From NCBI RefSeq assembly GCF_009914755.1, contig NC_060927.1: a stretch of DNA of 64,000 nt; one strand, 5' to 3'. Each line of letters opens with the position of its first letter. The stretch's first letter is position 1. This DNA is from the human T2T-CHM13v2.0 reference genome, Homo sapiens. Made by a program: the position numbers and the translations under genes. Positions 42,995-57,820 of the stretch are shown here, piece by piece. The notes under the pieces are model-generated. The model ran no database searches. It saw only the letters and a program-made list of their open reading frames with translations, and had not been told where the DNA came from.

Positions 42995-43200
42995 CATGCT
43001 TCTCTTAATAGTCCTTCATACAGTTGAGGACAGTTATTAAGTCACCTCTAAACCTTCTCAATACCGGTAATCCTGATTCCATTCATCTTTTTTCATCAGT
43101 GCTATTTTCCAACCCGTTAATCATTTTCATTGCTCTCCCCTGGACCCTATCCAAGTTCTCCACGTATCTTTAACCTTCTGTGAATTATGTGACCGGTTTA
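42995..43200 (-). mobile_element. CR1/L3 LINE fragment (ancient)
   Basis: gacagttattaagtcacctct...ttttccaacccgttaatcattttcattgctctcccctggaccctatccaagttctccac resembles the reverse L3/CR1 RT 3' region. Confidence 0.65.
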
Positions 43201-43744
43201 TAGCTTTGATAAGCCTGGGTAGTGAAAAAGGTAGAATCTCATCACAACAGACTATAATTGTATGTGGGGGAGGACAGGGATGGAGCAGCAGATGGTTCAA
43301 TTGTACAGAAAGTTTCACCACAAATATGATATTAATTTAAGTTTTTATTCTTTGATAATTATTTCTAAACACACCATATTATAATATTCTGAGCTACAAT
43401 TAGAGTCTGTATTTTACACACCTGTCTTTTTAGTGTGAACCTGTGTCTGGCCTGGTTCTTTTGCATAATAGAAGAGACTATATTTTTCGAAAGAATGCTT
43501 GTTTCTTAGTTGAAACAACTTTTAATTACAAAGAAGTACTATTCATAACACCTCTAAGAAATGGAGAGACTAGCATATTTTCATATTCCAATACTCATTC
43601 TTTCCATGGCTTTTCCAAATGAGGCTAAATGGCCCAAACCTGAATATACTGGTAATTTGGACACTGGCCTCACTATCAAAACTATGAACCAGTCACTCAC
43701 AAAAGCTCTTCAGTTTCAAAGCCATTAGTCACATTGTACTTACA

Positions 43745-43940
43745 GAAGGCAGCATGGCACAGTGATGTTAATTGATGGCTGGCCGCTTACTAGCTGAAAA
43801 CTTTCAGCAGGTTGGGGTTGTCCTTTCCTCTTCTTTTAGAATAGATAATAATAGAGCTGTGTCATAAGACTGATGTGAGGATCTCATGAGCTATACCTGT
43901 AAAGTCTTCAAAACAGTGCCTGACACATAGTAAGCATAAC
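43745..43940 (+). mobile_element. MIR
   Basis: ggcagcatggcacagtg...cttactagctg...tgtgaggatctcatgag...aacagtgcctgacacatagtaagc. Confidence 0.75.
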
Positions 43941-44999
43941 GACCCTACCAGTAAAAGGGTCGACTCCAACTAGAAGTCACAAATATGGAGAACAAATGAG
44001 GACATGCAAAGCTTTTCTCTTGGATCTGCATTTAGGATATGGGAGCCTCCTCAAACAAGAAAAAGCCCTGTTGTTATGGGGAAATTGGAAGCAAAGAAAA
44101 TTCTGCAGTGGCCAGTGGCAGAATTTCTCACCATTGAAAACATATTAGGGATGGGCAGAGTCTATCAGGAGTTCACTGGAATTCAGTGGCTAGCCAGTTG
44201 CCTCTATAAGCCTTAAAGATTCCCTTGAAGACAGACAATACACCCGTCTTTGGAAACATATTCTCATGTTAGAACCAAACGTGCATATGGAAATTATTAT
44301 CCCTTAGCTAAGAGCTTTTGTTTTAAAACCCTTGTGGTGTTTGTAACCTAAAAGAGGGATTTCCTCAAGTTTTCTAAAACTGCCTCATTTTTTTTAAGAA
44401 TCACCATGATCCATACCTCATTTGAGATCAAGTGAATCGTCAAACTAATGTGTTTTTTCAGGAAGCTAATTCTGTGACTTCCTTAAAGAGAGGGTTGCTC
44501 TTCCCAAGGGTTATCGGCAAGCCACTGCTCTGGCTCCTTGTGCCAGTTGTTCTTCCTGACTGGCCATTTCCCCTCTGGCTGGAGATAACCCTGCAATGAC
44601 TTCAAATTCTTTCGTTCAGTATCTGATTCCATCTCCATCATAAAGCCTTCCTCAGAGCATGGTTGGACCTAAGCATTTCCACGTCTTAGTTCATTCCCAA
44701 GATCCCAAGTTGACTTTTGCTTGAACTTCAGTGGAAAATCCAAATCATGTGAAAATCAAAAAGAAAATAATGGCTCTTTCTTGATTCTATTTTCTAAACA
44801 TATGGTAATGAACAATAAATGTTTACAGGTAGCTGTGATGGCTACAGAAAAATTTTCTTTGGGACCCCCATAAAATAGATTATATTCAGTAAACACAGCC
44901 AAGCATGCATAAACTTTAAGAAAGATTTTAGCCTTCTATCCATTCAAACTATTACCCTATTTCTTCCCTCTTTATTGCTACCATTCCTTCTGAAAAAGA

Positions 45000-45785
<786 letters not shown>

Positions 45786-46249
45786 ACAAAAATTCCATAT
45801 GTAGGCTTTAGCTATTTATCGAATAAAGTACAAAAGAAGAGTTTTGTTTTGTTTTGTTTCTTAGGCCAACATATGCCATATATCCTGTTTGTGGCCTCAG
45901 AAATGTGTGAATCACATTGATAAATCAGCTGAAAAAACAAAAGTTAGTATTTTACACCTTCTCTTCTCTAGAGTCTTAAAAACTCCTTCAGACTTCAACT
46001 GAATATGCGCTTTATTTCTGTTCTCTCTATTGATTCTTCTTCATTAATGTTTAATCCAAGGAGCTTTGAAGTACAAGATGACAAAATACATAATTTGTAC
46101 CAATGTTCACAATTATTTCTTCCATATCAGTTAAGTGTAATTTGAAATATTATATCTTAAATTAATAAAGAAGATTTAGTAAAAACATGTTTACCTGTGT
46201 GAAAAATATTTATTGAAAATAAAACTTATTTTTAAATCCCACGAAAATA

Positions 46250-47870
46250 ACAGACCAAAATGGCAGTGTAAGTACATGCCAAAATTGCCCCCTGTTCAAA
46301 AGCGAGAAATAATGGATAATGATTTTTAAAATATATGAAAGTGAAACTCTGTCCAAAAGCAAGAAAGTTTTCATGGACCATAAAAGAAAAGGAAACCTAC
46401 AATACTAAAGGATGCTCGGTTTATGCCCAAAGATGAACAGTAGGTTTTGGGTTTCAGTGTTTATACAGAAAAGGGCCTGAGCCTGCCCCACACATGACCC
46501 AAGTACACTGCATAAAGCCAGAGTTAAAACTTCACTGCCAGCCTCTGAACAGAAGGCTGTTCTATCCACACTATCACAAGACCTGGTGGAGTTGAGGCAA
46601 CTGCTGAATTACCATACAGGGAAGAATGAATTCAAGAAAATTCCCATGCAAGATAGGCTCTTAAAAAATAAATTTACACAAGAAAATCAGCACTGTAAAG
46701 GTAATTGATAAGCCCAATAGAAGGGAAACCTATACAAAGAAATAGAAATAACTAAGCAATCTGAAATGGACTTTAAATAATGATGTTTACAATTCTCTAA
46801 GAGGAAAAGGAGCATTAGCATCAGTGAAACAAAAGTAGGGCTATAGAAAAAACAATACTTATGAAAAAAACCAATTGGAAATTTTTAGATGGAAAAGCGT
46901 GAAGTAAAAAATTCAACACATGGTCTAAAGAATAAACTGCACACAGCTGAAGGGAAAATTAGTTAATTTTACGAAGAAACAATAAATCTCACAGAATGTA
47001 AAGAGATAAAGATATTTAAATAAATCAGAGTTAAGAGATATAAAACTATATACATATGAGTATATAAATATCCATATGTTTATATGTATACATATATATA
47101 CCAGAAGGAAAGGACAGAAGAGATACAATATTTGAACAGATCATGGCTAAGTTTTCCAGAATTAATAAAAGACATGAGCACTAGAAACAGTCACAAGAAG
47201 TACCAAAAAAGAAAAGTCCAAACTTAGAGATGTTGCAGTAAGACTTCAAAAGGTCCAGGATACAGAGAAAAATCTTAAGCTTGCAGAGAGAAAAGACAGA
47301 TTACCCACAAAAAAAAAAAAAAAAAAAAAAAAAAGAGTATAGTCAGAATAAGAGAAGAACTGTTCTCCTCAATAACCAGAGCTGCTAAAAAACAATGGAC
47401 AAGTATTTTCAAAGTTCCAAGGCAAAATAGCTAAACCAGAATTCTGTATCCAGTTGTCAAACCATCATTCAAAAGAGCAGACAAGAAGAAGATATTTCCA
47501 GACTTATAAGACCTAAAAAAGCTAACTTCTCAGGAGCTATCTTGGAAAGAAATACTAAACAATTTACTTCGACCAGGGGGAAAAAAAAAGAATGGGATGC
47601 AAGGAAAAACAGGGACCAAATAAGTCAACAAAACATGCTGATATATCTAAAGCATTATATGCTTTAAAAGAAGCTAGAACATAATAATGTCAAAAATAGG
47701 AGTTGATGGCAAGATCATGCAAGAGATTGAAGGGATGTTAAAATGTATTAAAGTCCTTGTCTTCCTAGGGAGGAGGTTAAGACTACTAACTGCAGACATT
47801 TTTAGGAAAATTAAAAATTATAATGTATATTAAGGGTAACCAATAGAGGAAAAGCAAGAATAAAAATACA
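46250..47870 (+). mobile_element. Old L1M 5' region/ORF1 relic
   Basis: ccaaaatggc-type 5' end; ORF1-like gatacaatatttgaacagatcatggctaagttttccagaatt...gagaaaaatcttaagc...ccagaattctgtatccag; internal poly(A). Confidence 0.7.
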
Positions 47871-50289
47871 CAGCTTGGTAACATTTTCTAAGGCTCTCTA
47901 GCCCTCACTATCTATCTCCAGAAGAGATAAAAACATCCTGTTAAAACTACAGATCTTGCTTTATAGTCACTTATGGCAACAGTGTGAAATTTCCCAGACA
48001 GCACTATATTCAATCAGTTACATTTTATAGTTTTTAAATAATGTTTAATAATTTAACAGTAGGATAAAGGAAGAAGGTTTAAAATAACTGAATAAAAATA
48101 TTAGAAAAAGCCTATTTATTAGATCATAAAAGTCTATCAATGGATACTGTTAGATGATATATCTGAAAGTTAAATAAAACTGGATGAAGCCCCACACAAT
48201 AAAAGTCACTGATGGCATTTGGACAGGCCTTCCATGAGAGCAGTGGATTAGGCAATCAAATAGGTACATACTCCTGTATCTTCCATAAGTCTGATGGCTT
48301 TTTTATAACCATCTTTTTAAAAGTTTCAATCATTAATTGATTATTCAGCTATGAATAAATACATAGATGAAACCTGTGTATGTCAAAAAGAGACAAAACC
48401 ATATTTTAAAAATTGATATATGGAGAAAAACCAAATTTAACATTAGAATTTTGAATACTGCAAAATAATAATGGTACTTGTTTCTGAGTGACATGATTAT
48501 AGTTGACATTTTCTTTTCTAAACAAACTTTTTAATAGTTTATACAAAAAAACACATATCATTTTCTATTGCTTTATCAGGCAAAAACAAATGTTTTAAAA
48601 TTTTAACATTTTCCACATGAACCCATCTTATAAGGATTTAATTACTAAGCAATTATATAAATTTAAAGAAGCATTTCAAAATCCTAAGTAATTCTTCTAA
48701 TACAAAAGTAGTTTTAATTGATTGGATATTTTAGGTTTAATTATTCACCTACATGTATAATATTAGATTATGTAACATGTTGCTTATTTTAAAAACAGGG
48801 CTAAATCTGATTATATAAACTTAATCTCTTCCACTGATACATTGACACAGTTGTTAAAACAATAAAGTCTCAAAGGAGAGAGGAAAAGTTTTAATAAAGA
48901 AAAGTTTTAAGAAAAATCAATTTATTCTTAATCTAAATAGAAATTAAGTTCAATTTGATCATTGTCTAGATTTTTATAAACTCAATGCATTTGTCCGTAG
49001 AATTCAGGAATACAACTTACTTATCTCTCTGTTAACGCCTGCATTAAGGTACCTATACAATCAGGCCCCTCCAGATTTAATAAAAACACTTATTTAGAAA
49101 TATTATTCTCAGATTTCCAACTATAACAGGGTAACTATAAGGTTTGCTTAGAATTTGAATATACATGCCTGGGTTGAGTTAAGTACATTAACATACAGAT
49201 TCCATTCTGCATGACTCTGTATAATGTAATGAACACTAACAGACATCCCATTTCCTATATCTCATATGTAGAAATTACATCCCTAGAGCTAAAGACTAGA
49301 AAACAGACATCAGAATTTTTTTTTAAAGTGAAAAGCATTTTCTAATAAAATTACTGAAAGGCATTTTACATTCAAGATATAATGATGTTCTACTTCTACT
49401 TAATATTTTTATCTTTATCAATTAAAAACAAACAAGAAAACCAGAAAAACCTCTTATTGGAGGCCACGTTTTTAACCCAGCTCTGAAAGACTCATTTGAA
49501 TATTGCTAATAAAAAATGTTTACATGCCATTTCTACAAATTCTTATTATTGCATCTAGCTCAACAAGCAAGTCTGCAATTAACAACATAAAACATTCTTT
49601 CCTATGCCGTTGACAAGATTTTTAATGACCAGGCTAGTCATTTACCAACTTCCTTTGCTTAAAATCTAATAAAGAATTCATTCACTTTTGGCTCTCATTC
49701 ATGTTAGCTAGAGTTTTTCTCATCCTCAAGTAGAGAATGAATTCAAGATTTTAATTAGAAATGTTGGCTTCCAAAGCTATACTCAAGCTTTTATTTTTTT
49801 AATTTATAATTATGTTTAAGGATAAAACACTGTGCAGAAGTAGCTACACAACATGATTGCTGGGTCAGCCACTTACTGGTTCAAGGTCTGTATCAAATAA
49901 TTATACTGGCTGAAATCCACAAGAAATAACTGATAACAATAATGCTACACAGTGCATTAGACTTTATTTAGCATCACCACATATGTCACATAATGTAATA
50001 TTCACAAATTGTGGGAAAAGCAACATTATTTATGATCCTCATTGTAGTTATTGTTTTCTCGCAGGCCAGGATCTACTTCCTTTTCCTACAGTGCTCTGAT
50101 TTCCTTTTGAATATTCACCTGTTACTCACAGAACATAGACAAGAAACTGGATTCAAAAACCCATCTCTCTTACAAGCTGGCAGCCTTGCCAAATTAGACC
50201 ACTCATTGGAGTCCTTTCTGTGAACTTGATGCTTGCACAGAGAAATAAAGATACAAAAAATATTTAGAGGTTTTCATTTCAGTGGCAGA

Positions 50290-50492
50290 ATCCATATCAG
50301 ATTCTTCCTGCTACAAGACCTATCCTGATCTCCAACTCCTTGGAGATGCCTTGACTACTGTCCCATTTCCAAGTCTGATTTTCCTGCTTTCCTTTAATTC
50401 TGTGTGCTCCCAAACCTATTCTAATAAATTTTCTTTTGCCTAAGTTAGCCAGAGCCAGTGTCTGTTGACTGCAACCAGAGACCCCTAAAAAC
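50290..50492 (+). mobile_element. ERVL/MaLR-type LTR 3' part (LTR33/MLT1-like)
   Basis: ctaataaattttcttttgcctaagttagccagagccagtgtctgttgactgcaaccagagaccc...aca is a typical LTR 3' terminus. Confidence 0.7.
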
Positions 50493-50959
50493 ACCCTTTT
50501 ACACATCAAATGCATAAATGTTAAGTAATTACCCAGAGTTGCTCAATGAACAAGAAAGTGGTAATCTCATGACTTCTAATTCAGTGTTCTTTACACTCTG
50601 CCACAGATAAAGATGATCATACAACACTTTTTAAATATAGAGCTTGGTTTTCCAATGGTAAAAATGGCTTTAAAGTTCAACATCATTATAGGAGTAATTT
50701 GTCCTCAGGAAGAAATGAAGAATAATTTAATTTTGGATAGTTATAAGTATGTCATAGAACTTTTAGAAAAATGCCACTCATTTCCATCAGCAATATTTTC
50801 AGATTGTTATAAAGATATAAACATATTAAACCATATGCTTCATATATTAGGTTATCAATGCCTACTGTTGACTAACTTTCCCAAATACTTCTTTCCTGAA
50901 TTCAGATGCCATATAAAAGAAAGCAAAAAGCCACTGTAAATTAAATGAATTGAGAACAC

Positions 50960-51190
50960 TAACAACAATAATGGCAACCATTATTTAAGTACTTACCACA
51001 CACCAGGCAATTCATTGGCATGTATCATACGATAGTAAATTCTCACAACAGCTTTGCAGAGTCAGTGTCAATATCCCATTTTAGAGAGAGTGAACTGGGA
51101 CTTACAGATGTTAAGTAATTTGATCAAGTTCACATAACCAAAAAACGATTAAAACTATTATCTAAAGCCCTTATTTTTTTCTGTGCATAC
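50960..51190 (-). mobile_element. MIR
   Basis: tttaagtacttaccacacaccaggca...ttctcacaacagc...tatcccattttagaga...gttaagtaatttgatcaagttcaca. Confidence 0.8.
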
Positions 51191-52110
51191 CATATATAAT
51201 CTCAGAAACACTAAAGAGAGATGTCAGTATAGAGCTTTATCCCTCCAATTCCCAGAGGCTTAGACAAAGAAAACGTTGGTGAAACCATTGGACTCTATGA
51301 CAACTAGAACTGCATAAATCATAATCAATAGAAAAACTAAATTTATCTCTAGAATTTGGAAAATCACAGGACATATATGTTAAATAAAGATTCTGAATAT
51401 TACAGTGATTGAAAAGACATTTACCCCCACTTAATGCAATAATTTGAACCAGAAAAGCCTTGCATTTTGAAAAAGTTTAGAAATCTTTCTTTTAGGTTTA
51501 CAAAGAAAAAGCGGCCTTCATTTTATCCCTTAGACTTCTGTGTCCTCCACCTGCTACATTACACTTCAAGAAATTTAACTTATATCAATCAAAATTTGCT
51601 TCTTAATGGATGTACATCTCAAACTCAATAGCCCACCCTTTACAAACACTGTACAACCCAATAGTGAAAGCAAAAAAAGCTATGTAGTTATTTCTTTAAA
51701 ACCTTCAGCAGTTAAGAAGAAGGAGACATATCAAAGCATATTTTTTCCATCTGGCTCCAGAACTTTAGTTCATGGGCAAAGTATATGGTATTTGTATTGG
51801 CAAAATAAGTTGTGATTTCAAAGCATCATCTAGTAGCACTGTAACATAGACCATGGTGCTAAATGAGGCATGCTAGTGAATATCGTTCTTGTAATAGTAT
51901 CAATTGTTTCAATATGTAAAACTCTGTTTAAAGCTATATGTTGAATCTCTACTCTACTTTTGGGTGTCTGGCCATCCAAAAACTGAATCCCACAAGTTAC
52001 TAATAGACTTGAACTGAAAACTATCTCTGAAAATAGATCAAAAGGCACACTTTGTTCAAGATGTCTCAGGGAAAAGGTGACTTCTGCTCTCAAAAAAAAA
52101 AGAAAAAGAG

Positions 52111-52112
<2 letters not shown>

Positions 52113-52158
<46 letters not shown>
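52113..52158. repeat. (GT)n microsatellite, about 23 units
   Basis: Read directly from the sequence. Confidence 0.97.
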
Positions 52159-52160
<2 letters not shown>

Positions 52161-53361
52161 AAATTAAATGGCTGCACAACCTAATGGAGAAGCTGCCCAG
52201 ACTTGCCATTTGGTGGGGGTGGGAATGTGGGAGGTGGTTCAAACTTATTAGGCTACATCACTTCAGCTGGAGCTCTGTCTCGATGGGGATGCTAAAATCC
52301 AGCAACCAAGACTTATACCAGTAAAGTGCTCAATGAAGATGTTCTCTGATAGAATTCAGTCATATATGAGGTACTCATTTTTCCTACTCAATTATTTAAT
52401 TGCTTTAAGTCTCATTTTAAAAAGTCTTTTTAATATCTTGAAAGTTTACGTAATGGTTATTATGTGCAACTAACTATAATTCTATTCCACTTTATTTTCA
52501 TGTAACATTATTGAAAAGAGCTCATAAACCAGATTCCACACTCAAAAACTCAAATTCCTTTCATACTGTATCATTTGTTTCCATACCCAACAAAATTGTA
52601 TCTTCCACCAACCAGCCTGGCTGCCTAAATGAGACTTGTGGGATGCTATCAAAGGATAGCAATGACAAGTGAATGACAAGACAGAAGCTTGTCATTCTGC
52701 CTCTTCAGGGTGGGATGTGATTTTTGCCTATCCAGAAACCAGGGGGTTCATGTTACAAATTTATATTGTTTAAAGAAATCCCCCGCAAAGTGATTCGTGG
52801 CCAAAATAATTGCTGTAGCTATCACATTCTCAACATAAGCATATAAATAAAATATATGCTTACGCTTAGCATAGGCATAGCTGGCTGATTGCATCTGCAT
52901 TTTTGTACCTGCAGCTAATTACTGGCCCAAAAAGGAGGCTACCATCCGTCACCACCAAAAGGTAGGGGCATGGAGAGCAACTGACACATGACTGTTCTCT
53001 AATATAGCAGAGCTCCATCTATGTTGTTGCATGAATAGCAGAGATTGGAGACAGAAAACAAACATGTCTAAAACAAAAATGTCCAACTTCCTCTATTTAT
53101 AATCTCAGTATTTATACTAGATCTGGTAATAAGTGCAAGGCCTACTCCTCATATACTACTATCAATTAAGATAAGATTCCATTTTATCCAAAGTATATCA
53201 TACCCTGTAATTCTCAAAGTAGTTACAATAAATTTAAATAAAGTCAAAATCCTTTCTTAATCTTAGAGCAGGAATTTTTTTTTTTTTGCCAACATGTGGT
53301 ATTTTATGCCCTTACCAAAGGCATACCAAAACATCACATAATCTAATTCCAGTTTTCCTTG

Positions 53362-53672
53362 GGTTTATTTCAGCTTTATTGGTGTACATTTGCAAATAGA
53401 AACTGTATATATTTGAGGTACATAACTTGATATACATATATATTGTGAAATGATTACCACAATCAAGCTAGTTGACATATATAATCACCTAACATAGTAA
53501 TCTTGTGTGAGTGTGTGTTTGTGTGTATGCATACGTGCACACACATGGTGAGAACATTTAAGATCTACATTCTTAAGAAAATTTCAAGTATGCAATACAA
53601 TATTGCTAACTATAGTCATCAGTCTGTCCACTGGATCTCCAGAACTTAGCCATCTTGCACATCTGAAACTTT
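53362..53672 (-). mobile_element. L1MA (L1MA8/9-like) 3' end
   Basis: cagctttatt...ttgtgaaatgattaccacaatcaagcta...tggtgagaacatttaagatctac...gatctccagaactta; TSD-like cagttttcc(t/a)tg. Confidence 0.85.
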
Positions 53673-53899
53673 CAGTTTTCCATGTTTTAAAACTTGGTCA
53701 CCTTTTGCTGGAGGATAAGAAGAAGGAAAAGCACATGGCACTGTTTGGAGGCCACATGTAAGCCTATCTTTCCTCCTCATCAAAACCCTCTGAAAATAAA
53801 GACTCTTTCTCTGTCTTTATCATAAAGGTGGAACTGCGGGTCTTGAAAGGCTCTCACTGCCTCCTTTAAGGCGTTCTTGCCTCACATCAGTCAGAGGAA

Positions 53900-54560
53900 A
53901 GAGTGCCCCCACAGGCCATCATTAACCTGCCAATTCTGCCTCCAAACAAGGAGGACAAGAGCTCACTAATTTGAAGATCAAAAACCCACTTGTCCATTAT
54001 ATAATTGGAATGAAAGGCAAAATGTTGCCGTTCTGAAGAGCACAGTAATTACTAGCTGTTAATTGCTCTCTCGTGGTGGCTCACTTTTAATTAAAAAGAA
54101 CAGCTCGTTGCAGGCCGATAAGCAATGGTGGAGACCACTGGTTTAATCAACAAAGCAGAAAAATTTGTTTCTGCTGAAGCCAACAACAGCTTGAGAAATC
54201 TTCAGATGTCCAATTGAGATTAAAAACTGTCTATTTAGTGCAGTCAGATTTTATTTTAACCAAGGAAATGACTATTTGAAGTCTTCCAATGTGAGTGTCC
54301 CCGCCACATCCCCGCTGGTGCCGTGGGGACTAATCACGGGCTGGGGTTGTGATCACTCAAGTAAAGAAATTTAGCGACTTTCCTCTTGACTTCATCATTC
54401 TTGGGTAATTGGCCTGTCTGAGGTGAGTACTCTTTTTTTTTTAAAGAAAGCGCTTTAAAGTATGGAAGGCCCACAGACTGTGCATTTAATTACTGTTCAT
54501 ATTTCATGCAGTCAAACTGAATTTCATTTGAAAAGAAAATGATTTACCTATCTTTAAAAA
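53900..54560. promoter_or_regulatory. Candidate conserved element/weak promoter-like patch
   Basis: TAATT-rich unique sequence, CpG/GC-box patch at about 54298-54345 (CCCCGCC), followed by a consensus donor GAG|GTGAGT at 54422/54423. Confidence 0.28.
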
Positions 54561-55560
54561 GCCTTAATGTTCTGCTTTGTTTTGTTTTGTTTTTTTCTTC
54601 CAGGGGTTATATATTTACATGCCAATATTTAGGGCACCAAAATTAATTCTGTAAGATGCTTCTCTGTCTTTTCCTCTTTCATCTAACAGCCACAGAATGC
54701 AGCTATACTTACCCCAGGGTGAGGAGGTAGTCCCTGGAAGGATAATACTACATTTAGTTAAGAAGGCTCCCAAGGTTAAGTAGAGTTACTTGGTCCCAAT
54801 TTGGCTCATCTCTCTGCCTTTGAACAGTGTGTGTATCTGCCTCCCATGCCTCTTTTCTTCTCCCTCTTTTCTAAGTCATGATGGTTGGAAAGCCATTTGT
54901 TTTTAAAATTCACATGTTCTTCCACTTAACTGAATCTCAGGCTATATTTCAGTCTCGTCCTTCATCAAGGAGGAAACTTCTTCCCTCTTCACTAATCATA
55001 AGAAACACATATCCCTGAATTGTCTGGATAATATTAAAAATGTGTCTCAATCACAATGCCAGTGATATAGACTGTTGGTCAACTATCTACCCTATACATT
55101 GGGTGTTAGCACTAGTCTTCCTGTACAAAATGGTTTATCACTTTGGCTCCAGTGGTGCCTCTGAAAAGATCTGTCCTCTTGCCAGCCACTAAAGCAAACT
55201 TCTCTTTCTCCTCAGACAAGTCTTTAAGATACAGCCTATAAACGCATGTAGGTAAATGGGTAATTTAATTTGGGTAATGAAAAATTAACCAATTGTTAGC
55301 TTAATTTGCTAGTCCTTTTCTTTGAAAACACTGGTGACGTCAGGCTGATGGAGGCTGGTACCTCCTTCATGCCTTCATTCCTCCATGCCAATCTACTTAA
55401 AGGCATACAGCCGTCCCTCTTAGTAGGGAATTTATTAATTGAGTCTTGAACTGACTTTTCCAAATTAAGGTGTCTGCTTTCAGAAAGAAGGGGTAGGGAA
55501 GAAAAAGAGGGTTTTATAGGGTTTTCTTTTTCCCCTGGCTTCATTTATATCCAAGAATAG

Positions 55561-55926
<366 letters not shown>

Positions 55927-57289
55927 CCAACTTGCCATTTCTTAATACGTAACCATGAGATACTTGTTTAGCCTCTTAAATCACAGTTCAATCCATGGAG
56001 AAAAGAACTCTTTTAAGAGACTATTTCAAAAACTAAGTGAAATAACATTTTGAATATACTATGTGCTCAATAGGTCATAGTTGTACCTAACATTTGGGGC
56101 TGGCGATAAATGGATGGTAATTCAAGAAGGGTCCCTCCACATTCACCCCTCTGTATACTTTCAAACATGGCAGAACCTGGAGAAGAAAATCCCACAATTA
56201 TTTTGTTGAGTATTCTCTATTTTCTCCTATCCCTACACTTCATCACTGAGCATGTGCCATTAATTGTTTTAACCGCTGTAAAATCTGGCATGGGAATAGG
56301 GTGGGACACAGTAAACTGGTGAATGACACAAAAAGGAATTTGATAGGAAATTTGCTTCTATAGAAAGGTGGGAGTGCAAAAAAAAAAAGACAAAAGAGTT
56401 ATTTTCTAAAGTTTAAGCTTCTGAAAATTTGCCTCAGGATGTTAATATCTAATACAAAAGAAGAGTAAACACACATACACACTCACACACACACACATGC
56501 ACAAACACATTTTTTGTGAGACTCTTCTTACCCAGCCTGTCAATCCTGTAAATAAGTTTGGTGACAGTGAAATAAGTGTGGTAATGATAAGAAACTATTC
56601 TCATATGAGCAGCACCATCTCCTGATGCAAGAAGGCTATGCAACTAGAAAAATAATAAAATAAAATTATTTTTTTCCTAAAATAGATACTTTCCTAAGGT
56701 ACGTATTCAAAGTTGTTGCCTCTTTGATGTAACATTCCTTTCTGATCATTCTACTGGGAACTATTACATGGCTTCTTTTATTTCTCACTGACAAGAGGTT
56801 TTTAAAACAATTACTTAACCCAGTGGAAAAATTCAATGCCTTAGTTAAACATATTCGTCTTATTCTTAGTTACAAAATAAGTGTGACGCTATAGTCATCC
56901 TGCCTATATACAATCATGAAATATCAAGTTCTGGAGTTGAAAGAGACCTAAAGAGTCTTATGCAAATATAGGCCTTTAAAGTTGCTAAATACAAACAAAT
57001 TCAAGGAACAATGACTAAACTCTACACTAAGATAAATGCCGAAGAGACCTGCTATTAATGTGCCTCAGGGCTTCATCTTCCCCAAAAGCTCAGTAGAAAA
57101 GGTTCCCTGTCTAAGACTAGAACTTGGTGTTAAAAGTGAATGGCCCATTTGTCAGGAGCAGGCTCCACCAGCAGCTCCTGGTGTGACCCTGGATAAATCC
57201 TGTCACTTCCCTGATGTGATGATTGATGTTCAGAAGCTCTGAAGGCTCATCTAGCTTGAAAAATCTATTTTTCTATCACCACTTCAAAA

Positions 57290-57820
57290 AATTTTTTGAT
57301 CGTGGTAAAACATATATAAGATAAAATTTACCATTTTAACCATTTTTAAGTGTATAGTTCAGTGACATTAAGTACCTTCACACTGTTGTACGACCATCAC
57401 CATTACTCATCTCCAGGGCTTTTTAATGATCCCAAACTGAAACTCTGTACCCAATAACTCTGCATTTCCTCCTGCCTCCTCCCCCATTTCCTCCTGCCCC
57501 TGGTAACCACTGTTCTACTTTCTGTCTCTGTGAATTTGCCTATTCTAGGCCTCTCATGAAAGTGGAACCATGCATTATTTGTTCTTTTGTCTCTGGCTTA
57601 TATCCCTTAGCATAATGTTCTAAGGTTCACCCATGTTGTATCATGTGTCAGAATTTCTGTCCTTGTTAAGACTGAATAATATTCCTTTTGTATGTTTACA
57701 CCACACTTTGTTTATCTGCTCATCTGCCAATGGGCATTTAGGTTGTTTGCACCTTTCGACCATTGTGAATCGTGCTGCTATGAACACTGGTGTAGAGTAT
57801 CCGTTTGAGTCTCTGCTTTC
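57290..57820 (-). mobile_element. L1MB 3' end with ORF2 C-terminal relic
   Basis: gtggtaaaacatat...aaatttaccattttaaccatttttaagtgta; the minus ORF includes TPVFIAARFTMVERCKQPKCP...INKVW, similar to the L1 ORF2p C-terminus. Confidence 0.9.
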
